Assembly (NCBI RefSeq): GCF_018977255.1
Contig: NW_024704742.1
Span: 51,338,001-51,402,000 of the forward strand
Length of the DNA stretch: 64,000 nucleotides
Direction: 5' to 3'
DNA from: Callorhinchus milii
Lineage: Eukaryota
Shown here in pieces: positions 1 to 12,269 of the stretch (position 1 is its first letter; every line of letters starts with the position of its first letter). The notes under the pieces were generated by a model, which had not been told where the DNA came from, did not search any database, and saw only the letters and a program-made list of their open reading frames with translations. A program made the translations under genes and the position numbers.

Positions 1-89
1 TTCTAATGCGCTTCTCACTAGTTCCCTAGCTCCACAATCCATAAGCTACAACTTATCCAAAACTTTACCTCCCTCACCCCCACCAAACT

Positions 90-790
90 CCACTAGCCCA
101 TCACCCAGTTCTCATCAAGCTCCACTGGTTCCCTGCCTCCCAGTGGATCGATGTCAAGATCCTCCCTCGCCTATAAATACGTTCACTGTTTCACATTCAC
201 AAGGAGCTCCTCGTTTCTAATTTTCTAACCCACTCTTCCGCTCATCCTTTCCATTCAGCAAACTCAGTCTTGCTGCGAGTTTCCCCATTTCCATGCCACT
301 ACTGGTGGCCAAGCCTTCAGTTCCTAATAATAATAATAATAATTATTCCTACACCTCTAACCTTTGAAATTCCCTCCCTCTACCATTCAGTCTTGCCCCT
401 CTCTTTCTGTCTTTTGCCTTCCTCAAATTCTACCTCCATGAACGCACCTATGGCTACCTCTGCGACCTTCTAACCCTCTACCAACCTGCCAGCTCCCTCC
501 ATTCAGCGGGCCTGCTTCACATCCCTTACCCGCACCACCATTGGCGGGAGTGCCTTCAGCCACTCTGCCCCCACCCTCTGGAACTCCATCCCGCAGTCCC
601 TCTGCCCTGCCTCCTCACTTGCCTCCTTCAAGACCCTCCTCCTAGACCATGTTGTCGGTCATGAACCTTCTCCCCCTGCCCTCCAACCTCCCCAGCCCGC
701 AGCTCGAGTCCAAAACACTGATTGTCCAGCGCCTTGGAACATCCTCCCAACATAAAAGGCGCTATACAAATATAATTTTGTTGTTGTTGT
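90..790 (+). mobile_element. Two decayed L2 3' fragments
   Basis: CTCCACTGG...CCTC and CTCTGGAACTCCATCCC motifs; tail at 727-790. Confidence 0.78.
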
Positions 791-859
791 CCTCCTTCCC
801 CCTCTCTCTTGTTCGATGTCTAACGCTGTCATTGTAAAGCACTCCCAAGACATTACCCT

Positions 860-2830
860 CCGTGAAGGAGGTTACATCAATGCAATTTGTAGATGTAAAA
901 ACGATAATTTCAGTTGCTGGTGAAATAAAATCACATATTACACCTCAGTATTTATTTAGAAATATTCTGCATTACAAATGTCTCAGTAGATCTGTTTATA
1001 ATATCTTGTCAATTAAAACTGAAAGTATCCATTTTTACTCTTCGGAATTTCTCCAGCCAGTTGCAGACATAAAGAATATTCAATCTTCAGACATCTTTAG
1101 AACTATGGAAAAGAAATGAATCATTTAGCATCATTGAAAAGTTCAGAAACCAGATCAATATTCGTTTTCTCCTTCGAGGCCTAGTACTGATTGATTTAGT
1201 GTTGATCTAAGAAGTATTGGATAGTGGTTAGATGAATATTTGTTACCAACACTGAGAATACTTAAGTAAATAACTCAGAAATTTTAATTTGTACACCGTC
1301 TCTGCTATATAAGGAGACGTAGCTCTCTTCAGATACAAACATAATGGCTTAGGGATAATATCTATACCAAGTTGAGCAAACAATTGGGGATTTTGTAAGT
1401 TTTCAAGGAAATGCAGCCTATTTGTCATCATTGACAAATTTGATGTTCTGTAAAGTTTATCTGCTTAATGGTAGACTATCGTAGCAATGTTAGGTTTAAA
1501 TTGAAGCATATCTTTCTTACTTGGGCTCATTTTAAAACCATCCAGAGCAATTGAACAGACAAGAATTATTTTATCCAAAGTCCATTATTTGCCATGTCAA
1601 TCAGTCGTCAACAAAATGACTGATCAACTCATTTGCACTTGATCCTCATCTCTGTTTATGGTACCAACAGAGAAGCTGGTGAAGTTGTGCCTGATCATTC
1701 TGTATCAATCAGAATTCAATACTACCGATGAAGCTATACAAATCACTCTTTCCACCTGCAAAACCCATTCCACGAGCATGTCACCACCTCGAACTGTCCA
1801 TTTCTGTGCAAACCATCAAATTCAGAGCTAACCATCACAGGTGGAACTTGTTGCTCAATGACGAGGTTTGAGGAAATCTGCAACTTGCACAGTACAATCT
1901 TTCACAAACAATTTCATACCAGCAGTGTCAAATTTATGAGGTATCCGTCCTTATTAGATTTTACTCTCATTGCATAATTTTTCACCCAACACACTGCATT
2001 TAAAAATATTCTCAGTTGAACCTGAATCTGACAATTTGCCATATTTTAAAGCAAACTAAATTGTGAATGTTCATGACGATTAGGAGTTTGTGGACCCTCA
2101 AATCTTTGGCACGATCCATTTCTTACATTATTTTGCTCATAATACATTAACAATAAAATATTTAACATCTGATTTGTTGAGCTGACAACAAACAAAAAGC
2201 TCCAATGCACGTGAAGAGGAAGCTAATACAGGACTATATCTATCAATACACAGTCTACGAAAAACTGTTTGTTCATCTAATTTGATATCCAAGCATTGGA
2301 CTTGGAAAGATAACCATTCCAGACATCAAAACTTGAACATGAAATTATCCATATGATGAACATTCATGATGAAGAAATCTTAGTGACAGATAGGCTGAGA
2401 TGACCACAAAGAGCAAGGAGCACTCACCTGGGTTCAGCTGGAGATGGCTGGTGGGATTTATTGTAATGATGAACACCTGCAGGGTCTCCGTGTCCATGTC
2501 TACCCTTACATTCCTTACATACATGAGGGGGTTGCCTACAAAGATCATTGTGAAAGTGAAAGCTGGTGTATTTTAAAACACAAACATACTAAACGTGAAT
2601 CAGTGCTCGTTTAGAACATTCTTAAGACTTTTCAACTTATGAACTTTATCCTTCCTTCAGAACCCAAAGATGGACGTACTCCAAGATCCTTTTTATTTAC
2701 AAACAATATTGGCTGCTCTCTTTGACCAGAGTAAGACATCTCTGGTCAAGGATATTCAAAAGTTGGTTTAATCCACTGGAAACTCACTGAAAAGGTTGAC
2801 AAATAGATTAAGGAATTTCGACTATATTAA
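860..2830 (-). other. Unclassified decayed coding-like segment, possible endogenous viral element
   Basis: No L2, CR1 or SINE motifs; open stretches with clustered stops; weak resemblance to mononegavirus L capping-domain motifs. Confidence 0.25.
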
Positions 2831-3805
2831 ATAATAATCTTTGGTTTGATATAGCATTTTTCACGTTGGAAGAGTGCTTCAAAGCATTTCACAGCGTTTA
2901 ATGTAAAATTTAATTTATGTTGTAGGCAAATGCACCAACCAATTTAATAATAATAACAATCCTTACACTCATAAGGTCCAACAAACATATGAAGTAAATG
3001 ACCAATTTTATCTGAGGGATTGTAGGTCTTTTCAAATAGTGCCATAGGATCTTTGATGTCCACATAAACAAGGAGAGGGGACATCAGTTTAATGTCTCAT
3101 CTGAAGGATAGCAACTCCGACAAATCATCATTGCTGTCTCAGACTAGACCGTGTGAGTTCACAGTAGCCTTCTGACTCAGAGGTGAGATTGTTATCAATT
3201 GACAGACTGACACCTGAGCTTTTACCCACAGAACTATTATTTTGATTGGGGGAACGTAAAAAGCACTTTGCGACGTCCTCCCAACATGACAAGCTCTACA
3301 TAAAAACATAATAAATGCTATAACTCATCTAGTTTGCCTTCCACCTTCATGGCGGTCACATACACAAATGTCCCAAACTACTTACTTACCAATAAAAACA
3401 TAAGAAAAGTGGAAATTTCATTTTTTTTTAAAAAGGGAATAATATAATAATTCTTGCATTTGATATAGCGCCTTATCACATCTTTGAGATGTTTCAAAGC
3501 TCTTCACAGAATATACTATAAAACAGAAATAAAAAGTAAAATAGAGATTCAAAATTGGAATCTAAAGTAATAATGCTGAATATGGTAAACATTTGACATT
3601 CAACTATATCGATGAGGAAATGCAGCGTTTGGTGCTGAATGGAGTTTGTTCATTACCAGCTGCAAACAATACCATAGGCATTTTAAACAGAACACAATTC
3701 ATATGAAGGTCCAATAGGCTTTGGGTTTGTTTGCTGTTGGTGTGGTATAGGAGTGTATTTTGTGTATAATACATAATATTTGAGTGTACTATGGTAAATA
3801 CTCAC

Positions 3806-3935
3806 TGGAATGGGAAGTTTCGAAATCCTTGAGGAAATCCATCTCCAAAGGGGTGAAACCCTGCACCTTGAAATTTCTTACGACAAGCTCCCACATATGA
3901 GATCTTTCCAATCGCAAAACCAAGAATTCCAGCAA
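3806..3935 (-). CDS. OCIAD2: OCIAD2 coding exon 5
   Basis: 130 nt, LAGILGFAIGKISYVGACRKKF...; TAG acceptor and GTGAGT donor. Confidence 0.92.
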
Positions 3936-6900
3936 CTAGAGAACCATAGTGGCAACATTTGGTTGAACTGTGACATGTGGCACCAAACACATTTTTAACC
4001 AAACAATGTTGAATGTACAGAGTTTTACCTACACGATGTGTGGCTCACGCCAGCGTCTCCGCACCTGAGGCACTGGCAGCATCAGCATCCACGGCCACAC
4101 ACTCAACCTCACTAAGCCAGTCAGGAACCTGGGTATCTTGTTTGATCCTGAACTGTCCTTTCTCCCCCACATCCACACCATGACTGGCACTGCCTACCAC
4201 CACGTCCGCAACATTGCCAGATTCCGCCACTGCCTCACCCCTCAGGCTGCCGAAACCCTCACCCACGCATTTGTCACATCAAGGCTCAATTATGGGAACT
4301 CCCTCCTCATCGGCCTTCCCAATTCTTCCCTTCACAAGCTGCAGATCATCCAAAGCCCTGCAGCTCGTGTACTCTCACCCACTAGGTTCCGTGATCCCAT
4401 CACTCCCACCCTCGCCTGACTCCACTGGCTCCCCATCCCTCAGAGGATCGAGTTCAAGATCCTCGTCCTCATCCTTAAGGCCATCCATGGCCTTGCCCCC
4501 TCCTACCTCTCTGACCTGCTGACTCCCTCCCTCCTTTCATCGGGCTCCGGGCTGCTCCATGTCTCCCGCGCGACCCGCCCTACCATCGGTAGCCGGGCTT
4601 TCAGCCTCTCTGCCCCCACACTCTGGAACTCCATCCCACGGTTCCTTCGCCTCGCTTCCTCCCTTGCCTCCTTCAAGGTCGGTCTCAAGACCCTTCTCTT
4701 CGACCGTGCCTTTTGGTCTCCCTCCCACCTCTCTGCCTTCCCTCACCCCTACACCACCCCTCCGTCATGCTCGGACCCCGACACCTGACTGTTCAGCGCT
4801 TTGGAACGTCCTCCCGACGTGAAAGGCGCTGTATAAATGTCATTTTGTTGTTGTTGTAGTAATCTGCATATCAGACAAGTGGAAGTAGCACAACAACAAT
4901 AAAGTAAATTTGTAAAGCGCCTTTCACATTGGGAGGACATCTACAAGGCGCTGGACAGTTAAGGATTTGCACTCAAGCAGGGTGTTGGGATTAGGAGGGT
5001 TGGAAGGCAGGGAAGGTAGAGATGGGAGGGTGACCAAAGGCGCGGTCAAAGAGGAGGGTTTTGAGACTGCCCCTGAAAGAGGCACGTGGGGGGGCAAAGT
5101 GAAAAGACTGTGGGATGGAGTTCCAAGAGGTGGGGGTGGGCTGAAAGGCTGAAGTCCTGATTGCCGATGTTCGTCAGGCAGGTCGGTGGACATGGTCAGA
5201 GCCCACTGAGCAGAGGGAGCGGACAGTTCGGTATGGAGTGAGCGAGGCAGGGAGGAGCAAGGCCATGGAGGGTTTTGAAGGCGAGGACAAAGATTTTGAA
5301 TTCTTTCCTGAGAGATGGGAAGCCCGTGGTGCCGGGCAAGGGTGGGGGGTGATGGGGTCATGGAACCTGGTGCGGGCACAAATTACAACAATGACTGCTT
5401 TCCCTGTTTAATGCTTTAGTTATATTGCAGGATTTGGAATGGACAGCACTGAAATATTCCCCCACACTATTATTTGCAGTGGAATCTGGTCAGTTTGGGG
5501 CGGGGTGGGAGGGGAGACAGAAACTAGGTTATCCACTCATGTGCTTCAACACATGCATTGAGCTCTCACCAGCCTCCAGCTGCCAGTGAAATGTTTCATA
5601 TCAGAAAAGGACTGATGGGACATTAGAAACATTGGAGATTTAAAGGTCTCTTTAAGGTTAATTTTAAAGTTCAGAGAGTTGGTTTGCAACCTGGGTTGGT
5701 TATAAATTATAACACAACCGGAAGGGAACTTTGAGATGGTGTCATACGCATTTCATAATGCCAAACACCAGAGCTCAGAGATCTTCTGGTCTTAGCCTTA
5801 AGATCAAAGTTTTAAATGTAACCTTGCAGAATTCTGGAACATTCTTAACTTCAGGCTTACTTTTTAAACAAAAAATAATTCTTGCATTTGACATAGCGCA
5901 GTATTACATCAAAATATCTCAAAGTGCTTCAACAACAAAATTACTTTTGTATAGTATAGCGCCTTCCACGTCGGGAGGACGTCCCAAGGTGCTGGACAAT
6001 CAGTGTTTTGGACCCAAGTTGGGGGTTGAAGTCGGGGAGGGTGGAGGGTAGGGGGTGAAGGAGGGTGATCAAAGGTACAGTCGAAGAAGAGAGAGGTGGC
6101 AGGTTGGTAAGGGGTTAGGAGGTCACAGAGGTAGCGGGGAGCAAGGCCATGGAGGGCTTTGAAGGTGAGGACCAAGATCTTGAACTGTATCCTCTGTGTG
6201 ATGGGAAGTCAGTGGAGTCGGGTGAGGATGGGGGTGATAGGGTCGCGGAGCCTGGTGCAGGAGAGGACAAGTGCTGCAGAGTTCTAGGTGATCTGCAGTC
6301 TATGAAGGGAAGAGTTGGGGAGGCCGAAAAGCAAGGATTATTTATTATTAATTACTGTTAAGTATGGTGATTGTGTATTTGCAGGCGATCTAAACACAGC
6401 AATGTCCCACTCACAGCAATAAAGTGACTGGCTGATCTTATCTGGATCCTATTGTTGGCTAAGACATCGGAAGAAACTCCCTTTTCCATTACATCGGCCT
6501 ATCCTGAACTCTAACATATCAGAGTTGATTTAAACATATTTAAGACACTTTGCGCAAATCTCTGTAACTCCCTACCTCAATCCCCCCCCACTTGCCCCCT
6601 CTCTGCCAAGCTTCAAATCACCTTTGACTGTGCTTTTAGTCACCTCCCGTGCTTTTTGGCTCGGGGTCAAACTACACCGCTGTTAGTTAAGCAGTCTGTG
6701 ATGTTAACCGCGTGAAGAGCGCTATATAATGCAAGTTGTTGTTTCCACAAGTCTTTCAAGAAATTAAAGCTATGACCATGAAAAACTTTCTTGCATTCTT
6801 GCATTGCTAAAAGGAAGAAACTGCTTTAAAGTGATAGAAAATGTGCAGCATGCCTGGTGTGCCTGGTATTGTTTACTGTACAATATTATTGCAAATGATA

Positions 6901-9900
6901 CATTTTAATCTAAACATAAAAAGATCATTGACTTACGTGCAACTTTCGGAATAGATCCAAACCGTTTTGAGGGGGAAAGAATTCCTATAAAGGAAATACA
7001 AGAAATTATTCCAATTTAATATAGCAAGCTAATTGTCTACAGCGATCTCTTTAGATCTTAACAACAACAACAAATTGCCTTTATATAAAGCCTTTCATGT
7101 TGGGAGGATGTGCCAAGGCGCTGGACAGTGGTGAACGCCCACACAAGCTGGGAGTTGGGCCCAAGGAGGTGATGGAGGAAAGGATGACTGAAGGCAGTCA
7201 AAGAGGAAGGTCTTGAGACAGACCTTGAAGAAGGGAAGAGGGTGAGGTGGAGGGAGTTCCAGGGAGTGGGGGCAGAAAGGCTCAAAATCTGAATGCCGAT
7301 GGTGGGGTAGGCACGGCGGGGATGTAAAATAGGCTAGTGCCGAACATAGGGAGCGAGCGGGTTGTTAACATTTTAAAAGATGGCAGAGGGGGTGTGGGGC
7401 CAAACCATGGAGGGATTTAAAAGGACGTGGATCCTGAACTCAATCTTCTGGGGAATGGGGAGCCAGTACAGGTTAGCGAGGGTGGGGGTGACAGGCTCTC
7501 ACAGCCTGGTGCGGGAGAGGACACAAGCTGCAGAATTCTGGATGGTCTGCAGCTTGTGGAGGGAAGAGTTGGGAAGGCCGATGGACTAAATTAGCCTTAA
7601 ATTTGTTAAGCGTGTGCTCTGCTCTTTGAAGTCATACTTGAGACTTGCAGACAAGTCGGTTTTCCTAATTTTTACCAAATCTTAAATCAATATATAATCA
7701 GGAGAATACTGGTGTTTCAATATTATTAAATTGTTGTAGAATTCATTCCAAAATATTACTGAATTCATTCAATTATACAATATAAGGTAGAAACCAATGA
7801 AAATGTAAATGTAAAGGGCTACTTTATAACACCCATTTCCCCAATATTCTGCTTCCTTGGGGAAATGACACACATTTAAAGTACACTTGAGATGTGCTTT
7901 GTCTGCACGTGTGCCACAACATAGACTTACTTACAATAATAATAATAATCCTTGCATTTGGTATAACGCCTTATCATGTCTTCTAGCTGTCTCAAAGAGC
8001 TTCACGGAATACTTATGTGTTGTTCCAAACTGGCTCTGTACAATACTCTATTCCCTGTCCAATCCACGATACAAGAAAAATGTTCCACTTAAATTAGATA
8101 ACTAAGATTAGATAATTATTGCCACATGAGGGCAGCATTTACATTCCTACCAATTTGCTTTTCAGCCATGAGCAGGAATTTGCAATATCATATTGGATTT
8201 TAGGATTGACCTCTTTTTTGGGGACAGGGTGGAGACAGTGAGATTATGGCTCGAGTTTTGAGGCTTGTTTTCCTAATGATTAAAATGAATAAAATAATCA
8301 ATGCATTACAATCCATTTAAATACCAGAGTTTTGCCCTAGAAGTTCACAAGATAATAATAATTGTATTATCACATTATTGAAATGTCTCAAAGCACTTCA
8401 CTAGATTTACATTAAAGTGTATTGACTGTATATTTTTAAGTGAAAACAGTTGCCAATTCGTGCAGAGCAACAAAGTCTGGTAGATTGAAAGCTCAATTTT
8501 ATCTGGGGGATAGAGACCCTCTTTTAATATTGCGACCAGAACTTTGCACATTCCTCCAAATTTGGTCCAACCAAGCTTTTAGATAATTATAACTTTATTT
8601 CACTACTTTTGCACTTTATTCCTTTGGACATAGAGTCAAGGATTCAATTTGCATTCTATGTTGTGGTCCACTTGTGATGCTATTTATGTCTTCCTGCCTC
8701 TGCCTCACTTCCTCTCTGTCATCACACAGCATTTACAGGCTAGCTACATACCAGTAAATCCTCACTATTACGAGATTTCATTTATTATTCACCACATGCC
8801 CTAGTTTGGTATCATCTACGGATTTTAAACCTTCGTTCTTGTCATTACACACACTTTGAAAACTGTAACAGTTATGTGCTTCCTCCAATGGATCGTTATT
8901 TCTAGAATCGTTATATTATATTAATTGCTACCGAATCATTATGTTACCTTTGTATAGGAGTCCTTGAGTGAGTAGCATGCTTCCAAGAGACAATGGCACA
9001 GCTGCAAAAATATCAAAAGTAAGTTTCTTTTTATTAAGTCTTCACAGGAAATTTCATTGAATTGAATCTTCTTCTCCCCACCCATATTATAGTGGTAATA
9101 TGGGTGGGGAAATGGTCCTCACGCTGCTGAAACCCTGGTCCACGCCTTTATCCCCTCAAGGCTGGACTATGGGAACTCTCTCCTCGCCGGCCTTCCCGGC
9201 ACCCCCCTCCACAAGCTGCAGGTCATTCAGAACTCTGCAGCTCGTGTACTGTCCCGCACCAGACACCGCGACCACATCACTCCCACCCTCGCTCGCCTCC
9301 ACTGGCTCCCCATCCCCCAGAGGATTGATTTCAAGATCCTCATCCTCACCTACAAGGCCATTCACGACCTTGCTCCCTCCTACCTCTCCAACCTACTATC
9401 CCCCTACCTACCCGCCCGTACCCTCCGTTTCTCCGGCTCCGGTCTGCTCCACATCCCCCGCCCCAACCGCCCTACCATCGGTGGCCGGGCCTTCAGCCTC
9501 TCAGCCCCGAGGCTCTGGAACTCCATCCCACCAGTGCCTTCGCCGCCTCCTCCCTCTCCTCCTTCAAGGCCGGTCTCAAGACCTTTCTCTTTGACCGAGC
9601 CTTCAGCTCCCCTCTCGCCTCTCTACCCCCTCCTCGCTCCCTCCCTTCCCTCCCCTCACCCTGACCATTTCCCCAATGCTCGGGTCCTGACCCAACTGTG
9701 CAGCGCCTTGGGACGTCCTCCCGACGTGAAAGACGTCTTGTTGTTGTTGTTGTATTAAAGTAAAACATTTTAACTACTAGGTTCATATTTTTTAATTGCT
9801 TTCTTTGTTTCCCAGTTTGATAATAATAATCCTTGCATTTGATACAACGCCTTATCATATCGTTGAGACGTCTCAAAGCACTTCACAGAATATATTGTAA

Positions 9901-12269
9901 AGTGGATTCACTCTGTATTTTGTGGCAAAAGTTTAACACGACAGCCAATTGCGCAGTTATTTAGGAACATATCAGGTTATTAGACGATAGCAGTTTTTCA
10001 TCTTTCAGTCCCATTTCTCTGCCTTTGTACCTCATCCCTTAATACCTTTACTTCCCAAATATCTATGGATCTCCCCTTTTAAACATTTTGATTGATTCAG
10101 CATTTGATGTGATGGGGAGGGAGGAGACAGTGGAATGGTATTGTCAAAAGTGTTGTGTGTGAGGAGGAGGGGAGACATTATTATATTAGAAGTCCCTGAA
10201 TACTGCAAATCTTTAAATGTTTTAACATTTTGGCCGAATTGACAACTAACTCAGGTGGACACCTCAATACAAGGGCAAAATAGGCCCATCATGTTCCCTT
10301 AAAACAACTTGCATTTATAATACTGTTCACGCAGGGTCGTGTCTCGGGAGCGCTTAAAAACGTGGTTTTCACTGTTCTCCTTATCTCTATTTGAAAGTAG
10401 GAAGTGTCTGTAGCAAAATAGTGGCATAATTTGTAGTCATTACCAATATTGCTACATCTACTGACAATTGGACAATTCCAAGGTGTGATTTGATGATCAA
10501 GAGACACCTGTCAGGAACAGATCATCAAATCACACAACCCTGTCTGAGTGTACTCCCACTTTTGAGTCTGATCTGATTGTGTCAGATAAGAATGAGATTG
10601 TAACTTAACTATTGAATATCATTAAACTGCTTATTCCACAATCTAATATTGACATCAAAACTCTTGGAGACGGTGATTGGGGGGGGGGGGTTAGTTGTTG
10701 GTAAGGACACTGGAAGAACTTCCTTCTCTTTTCGAAAAATGTCATGGGATATTCAAAGTCCAAGTCTTGTTACATTTCTCTCTGTTATCACACAGCAATT
10801 ACAGGCTAACGACATACCAGTAAATTGGCTATTCACCAGAACACTGTAGCTTAGATTTACAGTGAATAAGGTGAGGTGCTGTATATGAATGTAACCACAA
10901 TAAGTCCAGAGGCTAAGCAATACTCACCCCTGTACCAAAAGCTCTCTCTCTTGCATTCTATTATGATCTTCTTTATTTCGTCACTGTGAGCATGGTGGCC
11001 ACCACACCAACCCTGTGTGAGAGGAAATGAGCTGCTAGTGGTTTTGTCAGTAACTACAAACATTGTTAGTCACAGTATTATTACACAAATACCTATTGGG
11101 AGACAATAAAGTATCTAATGGAAAAAAGAACATGAGGTCAATGGGTCCTTAAAACCACAGCACTTCATTACCAGAAATATATACAGCTATTGGCTTTGAA
11201 GAAATGCAGTGTAGACTCATGAGAATAATAATAATATGGAGTCCTGTAGCTCAGTGGTTAGAGCACTCGCTTTGCAAGTGAGAGACCTGAGTTCAAATTC
11301 CAGGCAGAGGGCGAAACCTTTGGCAAGTTTCCTTACTCCACACACCTAATAATAATCCCTCCAAAACCAAAAACAATAATAAATTGGTCATTTTCAATCT
11401 ACGACTGTTTGTGGGACATTGCTGTGCACAATTGGCTGCCGCGTTCGCCCACAAATATACAGTCAATTCACTTTACAGTGTGTTCTGTGAAGCGCTTTGG
11501 GACGTCCTCCCGACGTGAAAAGCGCTATATCAAATGCAAGAATTATTAATAATAATAATCATCCGTGTCAACAAAAGCAAAAGTCACTGGGAACACTCAG
11601 CGGGTCAGGCAGCATCTATGGAGACAGGAAAGTGAGTCAACGACCCTTCTTCAGAACTGGGGCATGTTGGGAGGGAGAGGCTTTTAAGGGCTAACAGAGA
11701 GGGGGGAGGCAGGGCAAGGAAGTCAAAGGAGAAAATGGGGGTAGAGGACAGGGGATGATGGGTTAAAGAGGTGTTAATGATGCAAAACAAAGGGATGGGA
11801 ATTGCAACAAAATAGGCAGAACAGAGAGAGAAAAGGTGTGTCTGGGTCCCAAATGATGTGGTAATGGTCAAAGAAGAGGGGGATTGGGAAGGTGAACTGG
11901 TCTGAAATTGTTGAAATCAGTGTGGGGAGTAAGGAAACTTGGCCAGGGTTTTGCCCTGCCAGGAATCAAACCCAGGTCTCTCACTTGCAGGATTCAATTT
12001 AAATATTGAGCAGAACTGAACTTTAGCTGTGTGTAACTCTTTCCCTTTCCAGGCCGATAAGATTAAAGCAGAATTGCCACGATTTTTAGTGGAACAAAGT
12101 CTTAACTTGTGTCTCTCAGATTACATTCATACACTCCGCATCAGGCGCAGAACAAATCTTTCCAAAGCTCCCTGGAAATACAGCCACAAGGAAACAAGAT
12201 TGAACGACTCACGGGTTTCCAAACTGCTGCCAACTTTTGGTTTTGGTCTGGATCTTTTTCAGATGACAT
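3806..12269 (-). CDS. OCIAD2: OCIA domain-containing protein 2, 3'-partial. Coding exons 12269-12213, 11012-10928, 9001-8948, 6984-6937, 3935-3806
   Basis: The spliced translation is MSSEKDPDQNQKLAAVWKP/GWCGGHHAHSDEIKKIIIECKRESFWYR/AVPLSLGSMLLTQGLLYK/GILSPSKRFGSIPKVA/LAGILGFAIGKISYVGACRKKFQGAG. All junctions are GT-AG and in phase. It is closer to recalled human OCIAD2 than OCIAD1, and synteny with CWH43 agrees. The C-terminal CxxC exon was not found in the window. Confidence 0.92.
4045..4858 (+). mobile_element. L2-clade LINE 3' fragment
   Basis: FDPELSFLPHI...HAFVTSRLNYGNSLL...LQIIQ ORF2 C-terminal motifs; hairpin tail then (TTG)n. Confidence 0.9.
4890..5378 (-). mobile_element. L2 LINE 3' fragment
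   Basis: Reverse copy of the same tail and the HWLP / LWNS region. Confidence 0.82.
5932..6332 (-). mobile_element. L2 LINE 3' fragment
   Basis: ILVLTFKALHGLAP; conserved hairpin tail. Confidence 0.82.
6937..6984 (-). CDS. OCIAD2: OCIAD2 coding exon 4
   Basis: 48 nt, GILSPSKRFGSIPKVA; TAG acceptor and GTAAGT donor. Confidence 0.93.
7060..7586 (-). mobile_element. L2 LINE 3' fragment
   Basis: Tail plus the LQTIQNSAA region on the reverse strand. Confidence 0.8.
8948..9001 (-). CDS. OCIAD2: OCIAD2 coding exon 3
   Basis: 54 nt, AVPLSLGSMLLTQGLLYKG; tttttgcag acceptor and GTAAC donor. Confidence 0.93.
9118..9752 (+). mobile_element. L2 LINE 3' fragment, relatively young
   Basis: AAETLVHAFI..RLDYGNSLLAG..LQVIQNSAAR..LHWLP; CpGs retained; tail present. 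Confidence 0.9.
10928..11012 (-). CDS. OCIAD2: OCIAD2 coding exon 2
   Basis: Encodes EIKKIIIECKRESFWYR (OCIA domain start); CAG acceptor and GTGAGT donor. Confidence 0.93.
11238..11559 (+). mobile_element. Full-length tRNA-Ala-derived SINE with Deu-like core and L2-type tail
   Basis: A box TAGCTCAGTGG, TTTGCAA anticodon-like loop, B box GAGTTCAAAT, core TGTTTGTGGGACATTGCTGTGC.CAATTGGCTGCC, hairpin tail, (ATT/AAT)n end. Confidence 0.92.
11575..11920. mobile_element. Penelope-like element remnant
   Basis: ACTCAGCGGGTCAGGCAGCATCTATGGAG...GACCCTTCTTCAGAACT resembles a Penelope-type terminal repeat recalled from cartilaginous fish; not searched. Confidence 0.5.
12213..12269 (-). CDS. OCIAD2: OCIAD2 first coding exon (whole exon 12297-12213, ATG at 12269)
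   Basis: CAG acceptor at 12300-12298, aaaATGt start and phase-0 GTGAGT donor, in frame with the next exon. Confidence 0.75.

Noticed and set aside
11238..11310. tRNA-Ala(TGC)-like sequence, and all similar copies
   Set aside because: These are SINE heads: each continues into SINE body sequence and lacks a proper 3' acceptor-stem strand.
3806..12269. Assignment as OCIAD1
   Set aside because: Residues (PKVALAGILGFAIGKISYVG), the short N-terminus and the orientation next to CWH43 fit OCIAD2.
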